A stretch of DNA of 63,968 nt, filler included, from Stramenopiles sp. TOSAG23-3 (lineage: Eukaryota): the NCBI GenBank assembly GCA_900128585.1. It is 4 parts of 4 records of this genome, joined end to end, with 100 filler letters (N's around TTAATTAATTAA, not from the genome) between each part and the next. Parts side by side here need not be neighbours in the genome. Positions count along the whole stretch, not along the records: positions 32,737 to 48,991 come from LT642496.1; positions 49,092 to 63,968 come from LT642541.1; 2 more parts are not named here. One strand, written 5' to 3'. Positions 39,298 to 49,534 of the stretch are shown piece by piece; within the stretch, counting starts at the first letter, position 1, and each line of letters starts with the position of its first letter. The position numbers and the translations under genes are program-made. The notes below the pieces were generated by a model, which did not search any database, had not been told where the DNA came from, and saw only the letters and a program-made list of their open reading frames with translations.

Positions 39298-41031
39298 TTA
39301 ACTTTCTGATGCTTTGAGAAGGGCATGCTGTAGGTCTATCTCTTTGCGTCGTTTCAAGTACTTTGCAATAAAGGACTGCCAGCGCATGGCCATGAAAAGC
39401 TTTCCAAATTTGGCCTTTGCATTGGACCTTGAGGCAGGGTCCAAATTCCAATCCGCGTCAATGTTTCGAATGTGGACCACGTCCAGCAGGCGCCGCACGA
39501 TTCTGCTCCACCGAAAGTACATTGCGAGGCCGCGCATTTTCTGGAGAGCCATTGGGGTTTTCCCAGACTTGTCGAGATTCCAATCGTCTTCCACAATCTT
39601 AGCTTTAGTGTTCTTCGCCAGGGCAGTCAAGCGGCGGTTCCGCTCCCTGTTTTTCATCTTCCTCAAGGCATCCCGCCGCCGTTGCTCCTCTTCAGCCTTT
39701 AAGATCCTTTCCCGGGCCACGTTAAGGCAGCGAGAGCGGAACTGTCCCAGCCTGCTAATCAGCCAGCCACTAGCCCCTGAACGCTCCGACGAAGGCTTGA
39801 CTAGGTCCATGTTCACGACGATCACCCTGTCATCCTCGGACGGGGGCATGCAGATCCTGATGTACCCGATGACGATGGCCTTGCAGTCGACTGCATCCTT
39901 CGCAATGTCCAGGAGGCGCTGCCGCTGCTCTTGGTACATGAAATTTGGAAGGCCTATGTACGCCTCGTTCGACTTGGCCTCCCTAAGCGCTACCGCGTGG
40001 TTCTCTTTCGCGACGTGGGCGGCCGCCGCGGCCTCCGTCGCGGCACCATTGTCCTCCTCGGCCCGTTCCTTCGCGAAAATGATTTCTTCCAGGGTCACCT
40101 CCTTGTCTTTTTCCCGCCTGGCAGCCTCCGCGTTGCTTTCTTCGGCCGTCTTCCTCGTCGCTTCCGCCACGGCGATCGTTCTGCGAAGGGACTCTGTCGC
40201 CGTTTCCAGTTTTGACAAGTATGGCCGAAGGGCTTTGTGCAGGTCGCGCAGGTCGCACTCGTGCTTGGGCCCCCCGAGCGCGTCGAGCGCCGTCGCACCC
40301 AATCGCACCATTCGCTCGTACATTTCCATCACGGCGGCGCAGGACCGCACTTTCAGGAACACGTCGGTGCGCCTGTCGTGAATATTGCACGAGCCCAGCG
40401 AGCCCCTGTCGTCTATACCAATGTGTGTCCCGTGAACCAGGACCACCCTCCCCCCGTTCGGGCACTGGTTGACGATGCTCTGCAGGCCAGCCCTTCCCCC
40501 GTGGGGCAGCCCCCCGAGCCCACCAATTTGAAAAGGAAACTCCCTCCCCGAGTGCGCCCTGTACTTTTCGTGGTCGAAGAGGATGGGGGGTTCCGGCCCC
40601 GTGGGGTCCTCGCACACAACGTAGGTGCAGATGGAAGGGTCGTGCCCCGATTCCAGCAAGTAGGCCTGGAGCTCGCTTTCAAATATCTCAAAGAGCACCG
40701 GGGCCCGGAAGCTGGCCTCCAACGTAAGCTGCGACGCGGTCTCTCGCTTGGTTTCGGTGACCGTCTTGTCCTTGACTCTGCGGTCGACTATTCCTGGTAT
40801 TTTCGAGATGTCCCTCGGCTTGGCCAGTTTCGGTTGGGCAAATTCGACAACCTTTCGAATTTGATGCCGGTGCTCCTCGAAGTCCGTCAGGTTGTTGTTG
40901 CCAAACAGATTTTTGAGAAAGTCGTCGCTCACGAACTGACCATTGGAATCCATGCATTTCTCTTCCGGACTCTTGGGAACCTTTCCTTCCCCGGCATCCT
41001 CCCTGGCATTGTTCAGAACGTACTTTGACAT
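39298..41031 (-). CDS. LCIB/theta-carbonic-anhydrase-like domain protein with coiled-coil insert and basic C-terminal extension
   Basis: VVCED...PFQIGGLGGLPHGGRAG...PNGGRVVLVHGTHIGIDDRGSLG...RSCAA matches the LCIB pattern CxD...FxxGGLAGxPFxG...PDGG...PHVG...CG. Confidence 0.75.
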   Translation of the reverse strand: MSKYVLNNAREDAGEGKVPKSPEEKCMDSNGQFVSDDFLKNLFGNNNLTDFEEHRHQIRKVVEFAQPKLAKPRDISKIPGIVDRRVKDKTVTETKRETASQLTLEASFRAPVLFEIFESELQAYLLESGHDPSICTYVVCEDPTGPEPPILFDHEKYRAHSGREFPFQIGGLGGLPHGGRAGLQSIVNQCPNGGRVVLVHGTHIGIDDRGSLGSCNIHDRRTDVFLKVRSCAAVMEMYERMVRLGATALDALGGPKHECDLRDLHKALRPYLSKLETATESLRRTIAVAEATRKTAEESNAEAARREKDKEVTLEEIIFAKERAEEDNGAATEAAAAAHVAKENHAVALREAKSNEAYIGLPNFMYQEQRQRLLDIAKDAVDCKAIVIGYIRICMPPSEDDRVIVVNMDLVKPSSERSGASGWLISRLGQFRSRCLNVARERILKAEEEQRRRDALRKMKNRERNRRLTALAKNTKAKIVEDDWNLDKSGKTPMALQKMRGLAMYFRWSRIVRRLLDVVHIRNIDADWNLDPASRSNAKAKFGKLFMAMRWQSFIAKYLKRRKEIDLQHALLKASES

Positions 41032-41883
41032 CCTCCAGCAAATAAATACGTAGCTTGGTGCAATTGATTCCTCGTTTGTACCCTCACATATATATATTCA
41101 ATGCCTTCGCCCGTGTGTGTGTGTGTGTATATACGTATACGTAGCTCACATTCACAATTTTCAGCTTTTGTGCATTCACTCACTCACCACTCACTCACTC
41201 ACCACACAAAAAAGACAATGTAATTCACAAGAAAGAAAGAAGGGGTGAAATCAATTATTGCAACTTCTTACCTTCCTAGCCTTCCTACCCTTTTAATCTA
41301 ATACGCTCCCCCTCCCCTCCATTCCCTCTCCCATTTTTCTTCTTCTTCTTCTTAATAACATTCCAACAATTAGGTTACAACATGTACATATGAATGTGAG
41401 TGATATAATATAATAGTAATAACGGTTTTATTTTTTTTTAGAGATGATTAAAAAAACCGACGACGATCGACGAAATTTTTTTAATTTTTATTACCCACCA
41501 GTAGTATATAGTACTACTTGGAAAAAAAAAAACTCTAAATACCACTAAAAGCAAGTAGGGGTCAACCTAAAAATGTACAAAATACTATTCACTAGTGGTA
41601 TTTCAATGCTAATTATATTTAACATAATAACAGCATTAAATTAATATCTATTTTTTCGTGAATTTTCAACAATTCGTTACGTTACCGGTACCCAACCAAC
41701 CAAGCTTGTTTCTTTAAATCTAATCAGAATACAAGAGAATCCTATTGTGTGGTGGGTGTTTCGCTTATTTTAGGTTTCTCCGAGGCAGTTTCTTACACAA
41801 AGCATAGTTCTAAAGCTGTAAACTTGATTCTTCTCTTCGAAATGATCAAATAGAAATTTACAAATTTCAAAACATTTTTTACC

Positions 41884-42507
41884 ATGCAGAAAGAAGCCGT
41901 CCAGGAAAACGAAGCACCCAAAAAGGCAACAGAAACCACCGTTCCCATGACATCTGGGGAAAGGGCATGCATAGTCGAAATGTGCAAGAGGGAACTGGAT
42001 GCCGCCATCCCGCTGGTCGTGGCCGCGGAGGCCGCGCTGGACAAGCTGCGCAAAAGAGACTTCCCAGAAGTCGGAAGGTGTAATCGCAAGCCGCCGAGTA
42101 TCGTCCACTCAGTGTGCCAGTGCGTGATCCACTTGCGGACGGGGCTTGACGATTCGATCGAGCTGAACCGGAAGACAGGGCGCGCCAAGGATATGAGTTG
42201 GAAACAATTCGAGCGAATGTACTTTCGTGTCGAGGCCTTCGTCTACGGGCTGAAGTCGTTCAAGAGTGAGATCGACGCTGGCAAGGTGCCGCAGTCCAAC
42301 GTCGATGCGGCGAAGAGCGCCATGAGGGCGATGGGCGACGACTTTTCGGCGGACGCGGTCCGTAAAAACGCCAAGGGGAGTGAGTGGGCGGCGCTGGCTG
42401 CCGCTCTGGTCGACTGGATGCGCGAAATGGTGTCGTACTACGACGTCATTGTTGCGGTTGAGGAGAAGAAGAAGGCGCTGGCCGGAGGCAAGGCGACGGG
42501 TGACTAA
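41884..42507 (+). CDS. Stand-alone dynein heavy-chain stalk-head (microtubule-binding domain) protein
   Basis: CKRELDAAIPLVVAAEAALDKLRKRDFPEV...KPP...SWK...AAALVDWMREMVSYYDVIVAVEEKKKAL matches the stalk/MTBD of axonemal dyneins. It has its own ATG and stop between AT-rich spacers. Confidence 0.8.
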   Translation: MQKEAVQENEAPKKATETTVPMTSGERACIVEMCKRELDAAIPLVVAAEAALDKLRKRDFPEVGRCNRKPPSIVHSVCQCVIHLRTGLDDSIELNRKTGRAKDMSWKQFERMYFRVEAFVYGLKSFKSEIDAGKVPQSNVDAAKSAMRAMGDDFSADAVRKNAKGSEWAALAAALVDWMREMVSYYDVIVAVEEKKKALAGGKATGD

Positions 42508-42569
42508 AATATTTTCTTTGTTATTAATATTTAAGGTCAATGCCGATCGCTTTCGTGTTCGGCTTGGGT

Positions 42570-42630
42570 TCTGGCATGTTTAAACAAGAAAAATTTGGCT
42601 GTTATTTTTTATAGTAATCTGGCATGTTTA
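42570..42630 (+). mobile_element. 3'-associated micro-element with 13-bp flanking direct repeat (putative TSD)
   Basis: AACAAGAAAAATTTGGCTGTTATTTTTTATAGTAA between TCTGGCATGTTTA at 42570-42582 and 42618-42630. Confidence 0.65.
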
Positions 42631-43139
42631 TCTTTCTTTCGATTGGAGAATGTTTTGAAAATGTTTTAGTTTGTCTGTAGTATTTTAATTGTTTTTTGGT
42701 GTATATGCTTTCTTTTCTTCGTTAGAATCTATTGACGAATCTTTTTGAAATGATAGGAATATAATCTGTGAACAAAGAAACGTTACCGGTACCGGTACGG
42801 TAAAGAGAACAACAGAGAGGGGATTGTTGAAGAAAGACAAAAAAAAAAAGAAGAAAAAAAAAACAAGATCTTTTTAGAAGGGTTATACAATCAGCTTTGA
42901 GATGCATGCTTGACTAGGCAATCAAAAACTGATCTAGGATTTATAGTGTAATTTTATATTACCTATATAAATATGTACTTATATATTTAGGGAGAGAGAT
43001 GACTACCGTATTCTTCACGAGTTATTTTTTGTTGTCCTCGATCGTAGGCGAAACTCCAAAACTCCTAAAATAATAACAGGTACTAGGATGGAAAATAAGA
43101 AAATGACACCAACAACAACAAAATAAAAAAAAGTCCACA

Positions 43140-44883
43140 TTACTGACCTCCTCCCGGACTGAAATTGTTGCGCTGCTTCAGCGTGTTTAACAATTCCAGT
43201 ATACACTCGGTCTGAATGTCAAGTTCTTCTCCATTGCTTCCGCCGGAGACTGTCACGTCTTTCCCGTACCTGTCCAACAGCGCCGCTTTCATCCGTTGAA
43301 AGGTTGCTTCCTCGTCCTTGGGCCTCACCATACCTTTCAGCCCATTTCGAAGCAGCCGCTCCAAAAAGGTAGTGTCTATGTGGTATTCTACAGGATGGGT
43401 TCCGTCGGACTTGACCACAGGAATGTGCCGGGCAACTTCTTCCGTGGCCTCGTCTACAATCGACAGCGGGAGTGCCATCGCTTTTTTCGTCATAATTTTC
43501 CCACATACGCCCATCTTCTTTTTTTCCACTTTGTTCGGCGTTGCTTTGCGCTCGCGATGGTTGGACCAGGCCATTTTTTCTATCATGCGGCCCAGCTCTT
43601 TATCGGACATGCTCTTCTTGGACTTGATGGAAGCTTGCACCAAGGAGGCCATCTCTTCCACTATCCCGGGAGAAAACTCTGCCGCGCTTCGGACTTCTAT
43701 GTACGCATCGACGAGTATAGCCAGCAAAATGTTGAGCATAATGAAGACATTTATCAACACGAACGTGAAGAAGTAAAATTGCCAGACGTTCTTCATGGAC
43801 GATTCTCTCATCTCGTAATGGATCGTTTCAATGTTGCCCTGCATGAACAAGAGGATGACCGTCTCCATCGATTTGCTAATTGTGGAGAACGACGACGAGA
43901 TTTCCCCAAAAATAACAACTCCACACACCGCATAGACAGTGTTGATCAGCGCAAATATTAAAACGAAATGAAACAGGTCGTTCTTCGCGCGTTCGATTGT
44001 TCTCGTCACCAACCCTAATCGGGCCCCATCCTAGCTTGGGAACCTGTTTTCCTCCAAACATGACGGTTTGGGCATTGGCAGTAACCGACTCTGTGACAAC
44101 TCCTTTTGCCTGCACGTCGTTCATATACTTCCTAAAGATGCAGCGAGAGGTATCCTTTGCCCCCTGGGGGCAGATATTGAACCCCATATTGTTGACCCCT
44201 TTCTTGTCAAACTCTGCAGTAAAATTGAACATTATGTCTGTAGTTCGGTTGAACATTCCGCAGTCGTTGGAACAGCCAAACCGGTCAACGGCAGGGAAAT
44301 CGTTGCCTTTGTTTTCACACACGCCATCTCCACATGGCGGATCCACAAACACACGGTTTACAAGCTTGTCCCTCAGCCAAGTGTACACCTCCTGTTTCTC
44401 CTGTATGACCAGCGGATTTTGGTCATTTATACTCACTTGCAAGGAGGAGTATTGCTCAAAGGCTTTCTCTCCACCGCTCTGCATGCTAAGGATGAGCAAG
44501 TACATGCAGAGGATGAGGAGGAAGTAAACGCACTGGCAGTAACCGCTTCGGTTCGATTGCCGTTGCTCTACCCGTTGGGCAAGTTTTAATACTACCTCAT
44601 CGCCCGATATAGATAGGATTTCGTTGCCAACCACCTTGTTTAAATGTCTTGCGGCCTTTTCCAAGTGGTACTTATCCAGTTTGCCATCGTCGTTCCCATA
44701 CTTTTCTTTGAAGGCATCGAACTCTGCTTTTGACATCTGCAGCACGCTCGCGTGCTTCCGCGTCACGATCGATTTTTGTCTGATTCGGCTGTACGAGTCA
44801 CTGGGCGGGGGAGGCGATTTTGGATCATCTTGACTCAAAGGCGCCACTTTCACGGGGTTTATTGTTTCACTAATTTTTGCCAT
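43140..44883 (-). pseudogene. Polycystin-2-like cation channel with apparent internal deletion and frameshift near 44022 (pseudogene or assembly lesion)
   Basis: ORF 43876..44883 has S1 (CVYFLLILCMYLLILSM) and part of the extracellular domain. A different frame resumes at RLGLVTRTIERAKNDLFHF with S5-pore-S6 (FIMLNILLAILVDAY). S2-S4 are absent. Confidence 0.7.
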
Positions 44884-45905
44884 CTATCCAATTGAAACAA
44901 ATACATGCAAATCAACCATCAGCGTTTGTTTGTATACAAAACTAGTGAGGTCAATATAATCCCTCGGGTTCCTGTTTCTATTCTGGATTTGAGAATCAAC
45001 ATATAGTCAAAATTCAATCATAGAGAGAAACAGAAACAGAAAGAAAGATTTAAACATTAAATAATTATATAACAAAAGTCGTTATACATTTTTTTGTATT
45101 TCTTCTTCTTTCCTATAATATTATTTTCATATTACAACTACTATTATTCATGCTATACCTCGTAATAGTCGTCTATTATCATCATCTATTTGATTAAAAT
45201 TTCTTTCTTTTTTTTTTAAAAGTGTGTCTAAAAAGTAGATATAAATTAGATCTCAGAGTTTATTATGGATCCTATCCGCTTATTTTAAAGGATATTGCGG
45301 TTGGGGGCCTAGCAGGGCTTTACCATAACACAATGTTACATTAAATAACATCTAAGCAAAAATGACGAAAAAACTAATAATTTTTTACCAAAACTGTTCA
45401 CTATACCAATTTATATAGGTAAATATTACAAGTATAACATTTAAAGTTTTTGTATTATGTTACGCCCCTATATCTAGGTATTAATATTTATACCGGTACC
45501 GGTAGCTGGTTCGGAGGACATTTAAATTTTTTTCCAATCCTCTTTTTCTTCTTTTTTTTGAGAATTGTTGATAAATAATTCTCTCTGTATACTTATGTTG
45601 AGGGTAGGACCCTAAATTTTTTTTTTTCGTTTTGATTGTATGTAGTGTACAACAAAGCTTAAATAAAAAAATATAAAAACACACCACCCACCACAAATTT
45701 TTTGAATCAAAACAGTTATTACAAATTTCCCATTATTAAACAATAAAAGATGCTCTATCTTCTTATCTATGAAGCGATTTTAGACAACAATTGAGTACGT
45801 TTCACTTTTCATCGTGTGCAGGAAGACCGACGAACTAACCACCACAACGACAGCAGCAACTACTACTATACAACCACAACAACAACGCAGCGCGGGACAT
45901 TGACG

Positions 45906-47558
45906 ATGATGAGCGTGTCCAACGGCCGGTCGTTCGTACGTGCCTTGGTTTTGGCGGCAGTGGTTGTCGCGTCGGCGAGCGCGGCAAAGCTCGGTTGCCC
46001 GGCAACTGCCCTTCCGAACACCCCGGAGGAGGCTGCGTACCAGAAGAAGCTTTCGGCGCAGTTCCTTGGGCATTGGGAAGGGGACCCCTTCACACCGATA
46101 GACGAAGCGTTTGAGGGGCTGTCCGCCCAGGTCGGCGTGGCCCCGGACGTGCTCCGGTACTTCCTTGGCTGCCTGAGCTGCTACGTCCTTGCGGTGTTCC
46201 ACAGCTTTATCCCGGACCGGAACGCAGACGTAAAGCACGCGTACTCCCTGATCTGCGGGCTGACCCTGTCCTGGATCAGCTTTGGGGTCAACACGCTGAT
46301 CCCCCTGGGATCGTCCCTGCTCGTGTTCTACATTTGCAAGTACGTGAAGAGCCGGTACACCCCCGCGATCGTCTTCTTCGTCGCCATGGGCCTGTCGAGC
46401 GGGTGCCACGTCTACCGCCTGTTCATCGACTACGGGGGGTACACGCTGGACGTCAGCGGGCCGCAGATGATCATCACGATCAAGCTGACGTCGTTCGCGT
46501 GGAACTGCTATGACCACGGGAAGAAGCAGGACAAGTACAAGCACCGGGTGGCCAGCGCCGTGGACATCGACAACACGCCCCTGCTCCACTTCCTGTCCTT
46601 CATTTTCTTCTTCGCGGGGTACCTGGCCGGCCCGGGCTTTGAGTTCCAGGAGTACGTCCGGTTCACGAACGGAAAGCTCTTCGAGAGCGATCCGGAGGGA
46701 AAGCCGTCCCTACTCTCCCGGGTCATCCCGTCGATGTATTCGTTCCTTACGGGAATCTTCCACATGGGCGTCATGCTGACCCTGTCGAAGCAGTTCGATC
46801 CGTTCAGCCTCCTGTGCGACTCGTTCGACACCGTCCCGGTCTACAAGCAGATCCTTCTCATCTACGTCAGCGTCGCCCTCACGCGCGCCAAGTACTACTG
46901 CATCTGGAACATCGCGGACGGCGCCATGGTCCTCTCTGGGTTCGGGTACAACGGCCGGGATGCAAAGACGAACCAGGTCAAGTGGGACCGGATGGTCAAC
47001 GCCCACATCTTTCGCGTGGAGGCTGGGGAGAGCGTTCGGGAAGCGATCAACTCGTGGAACATCAAGACCTCCATGTGGCTGCGAAAGTACTCGTACGAGC
47101 GCCTGTTGGAAAACAATTATTCCCAGGCCATTTCGCAGTACGTCACCATGCTGGTGTCCGGGTTTTGGCACGGGTTTTACGGGGGCTATTACCTGACGTT
47201 CGGGTTCGGCGCCTACCTGCAGCAGATCGGCAAAAGCTTGCGCGGCGCCCTTCGCCCGATCTTCGAGGATTCGGCCTCGGCGAAGACCCCGTTCTGGTAC
47301 AACACGGGCGGCCGGGTCCTCACCGCGTTGATGCTCAACTGGTGCACGGTGTCGTTCATGCTCGTCGACAGCGCGAACGCGTTCAAAGTGTGGAAGTCGG
47401 CGTCCTACGTTGGGTTCGGCTTCTGCTTGCTGACGCAGTTCGGCCTCTTTGCCCTCAAGTCTACCTCGTGGCATCGGGCGAAGGCGAAGGCTTACAAGGC
47501 TTTGGTCGCAGAGCGGCGCGCAAAGAAGCGCGCCGCGGCGGAGAAGAAGACGCAGTAA
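45906..47558 (+). CDS. MBOAT-family lysophospholipid acyltransferase (ALE1/LPCAT-like)
   Basis: LDVSGPQMIITIKLTSFAWNCYD, GYLAGP, WNIKTSMWLR, SGFWHGFYGGYY; C-terminal KKxx (KKTQ) ER-retrieval motif; ATG at 45906. Confidence 0.93.
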   Translation: MMSVSNGRSFVRALVLAAVVVASASAAKLGCPATALPNTPEEAAYQKKLSAQFLGHWEGDPFTPIDEAFEGLSAQVGVAPDVLRYFLGCLSCYVLAVFHSFIPDRNADVKHAYSLICGLTLSWISFGVNTLIPLGSSLLVFYICKYVKSRYTPAIVFFVAMGLSSGCHVYRLFIDYGGYTLDVSGPQMIITIKLTSFAWNCYDHGKKQDKYKHRVASAVDIDNTPLLHFLSFIFFFAGYLAGPGFEFQEYVRFTNGKLFESDPEGKPSLLSRVIPSMYSFLTGIFHMGVMLTLSKQFDPFSLLCDSFDTVPVYKQILLIYVSVALTRAKYYCIWNIADGAMVLSGFGYNGRDAKTNQVKWDRMVNAHIFRVEAGESVREAINSWNIKTSMWLRKYSYERLLENNYSQAISQYVTMLVSGFWHGFYGGYYLTFGFGAYLQQIGKSLRGALRPIFEDSASAKTPFWYNTGGRVLTALMLNWCTVSFMLVDSANAFKVWKSASYVGFGFCLLTQFGLFALKSTSWHRAKAKAYKALVAERRAKKRAAAEKKTQ

Positions 47559-47816
47559 CGTCCGTGGGGAGGGGGGATGGGGACGGAGGAGGCGAGAAAA
47601 GAAAAGTTTTTTTTACCCCAGGCCCCCATCAGGAGAGGTCTATAAATTTTAGGAAACAAAATGTATGCTGCTACTGTTTAGGTATGGCACTGTCCGTGAA
47701 GCCACTTGTACGTAAGAAGCGCTCTGTTGTCGACCACAACGTTCTTAATTTAAGCTTAACCTTATGATTTAGTCTTCGGAACTATTTTTAGTGAGCCATA
47801 TCATTAGTTTTTTTTT

Positions 47817-48569
47817 TTAGTGAGCCTCCCCATCGTCCTGGTACCCCGCAGAGTCGATCGTCGGGTCTTTCAAGCCGTCCAGCGTAAGAATGGCCTCGTC
47901 CATCAGCGCCCATATGGGGACTTCGGCGTGCCCCTCGTCGTTGAACTTTTTGCGGGCGTTCAAAAACTTAATCTCAACGACCGTCGCACACTCTACGGGG
48001 AGCCCGCCCATCTTCTTGACGAGCTCGATCCCTGCGCACAGGGTCCCCCCCGTGGCGACCAAGTCGTCGATAAGCAGGACACGGTCGCCCTTTTGGACCG
48101 CCCCGCGAGGGATGGTCAGGACGTCCCTTCCCGCGTACTCTTTCCCATACTCTGTACCAGCGACGGAGTTGGGCATTTTACCCTTCTTTCGAAGCATAAA
48201 GAACGGTTTCTTCAGAGCCAAAGCGATCGGTGGGCCCAACACAAACCCGCGGGCGTCGAAGCCGCAGATAGAGTCAATGTTCTTGCCACGGTACCGTTCG
48301 ACGAACACGTCGATGGCCATTTGGAACGCTTCCGGGTCTTTCAAGAACCCGCCAATGTCGTAGAACCGATCGATGCCTTTGAACGGAAAGTACGGGGTCA
48401 CGCTAGCGATCCGCTTCGCCACCTCCCCGTTTGGGGAGTAGTCCGCATACTTTTTCGAACCCCCACCGCTGCTGCTGCTTTTGCTCCCAAAATGGTAGGC
48501 ACCTACCCCTATCGCAACCCCCGCAGCAAGCAGTGCCAACGGGTCTTGATCGTTTAAAAAAGACGACAT
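47817..48569 (-). CDS. APT: Adenine phosphoribosyltransferase with N-terminal hydrophobic anchor
   Basis: FPFKGIDRFYDI, GFDARGF, MLRKKGKMP, PRPP-binding VLLIDDLVATGGT; ATG at 48569 followed by LALLAAGVAIGVGAYHF. Confidence 0.92.
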   Translation of the reverse strand: MSSFLNDQDPLALLAAGVAIGVGAYHFGSKSSSSGGGSKKYADYSPNGEVAKRIASVTPYFPFKGIDRFYDIGGFLKDPEAFQMAIDVFVERYRGKNIDSICGFDARGFVLGPPIALALKKPFFMLRKKGKMPNSVAGTEYGKEYAGRDVLTIPRGAVQKGDRVLLIDDLVATGGTLCAGIELVKKMGGLPVECATVVEIKFLNARKKFNDEGHAEVPIWALMDEAILTLDGLKDPTIDSAGYQDDGEAH

Positions 48570-48907
48570 ATCCTTCTTGAGTTTAATTCGAATAGAACAA
48601 TAAGTAAATAAAAAACAAATACGTAACAGATTTAAAAAAGGAAGAAAGAAATCGAATAAATAAACAAGCATTTAATCTACTACTATGTATTTAATTAAAC
48701 TACTTCTCTATATAAATATCGATATCTACTTCTTTTTTTATAATAAATATGATTCCAATGATGATGATGTACCATAATAATATATTATTATTATTATTGA
48801 TATTTTTTTCCCTTCTTCTTCTTCTTCTTCCTTTTTTTTGTTTTGTTGTTTTGTTTTCTTCTTTTGCAACTACTAATCAGTTTTGCGAGTTTTTTCTTCT
48901 TCTTCTT

Positions 48908-49092
48908 TTCTTTTCTCTTCTCTCTTCTCTTCTCTTCTCTTCTCTTCTCTTCTCTTCTCTTCTCTTCTCTTCTCTTCTCTTCTCTTCTCTTNNNNNNNNN
49001 NNNNNNNNNNNNNNNNNNNNNNNNNNNNNNNNNNNTTAATTAATTAANNNNNNNNNNNNNNNNNNNNNNNNNNNNNNNNNNNNNNNNNNNNT

Positions 49093-49149
<57 letters not shown>

Positions 49150-49176
49150 TTTCTTCTTTCTTCTTTCTTCTTCTTC
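48908..49176. repeat. (CTTCT)n and (TTTC)n pyrimidine tracts on either side of an artificial linker (48992-49091)
   Basis: Visible tandem repeats; linker is 44 N + TTAATTAATTAA + 44 N. Confidence 0.95.
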
Positions 49177-49534
49177 TTTTTTTTATTTTTTTTGTCGTTA
49201 TATTTAACTCGTATATTATTTATTAATTTATATTTTTTTTATTAAATAGAAGAATGAATAATAATAATAATTAATATAATACTGCTGTAATAATATAATA
49301 ATAATTTTATTTTTTCTTCTTCTTCTTCTTCTTCTTTCTTTTTCTTCTTCCTCCAACCGAACCACCGCCGACGAAGAAAGAACGACGAAGAAAAAGAAGA
49401 CCTCCTCTCTAAGGCATAAATGAAAGAATGAATAGCCTGGTTTGTTTAGGAAGAGAATAATTGCCATTAAATTTGGAAGATTGGATCAAGGCGCAGGATT
49501 AATTGCGGAAAAGAACAGGAAGAAGTTTTCAGGG

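Noticed and set aside
26823-45279. Shared 12-mer GATCCTATCCGC at 26823 and 45268
   Set aside because: Only two copies; insufficient to call a motif.
31307-47767. Long antisense or alternate-frame ORFs (e.g. 31307..32431, 36839..37870, 39314..40381, 45780..46589, 46814..47767)
   Set aside because: Shadows of GC-rich real genes with no domain signatures.
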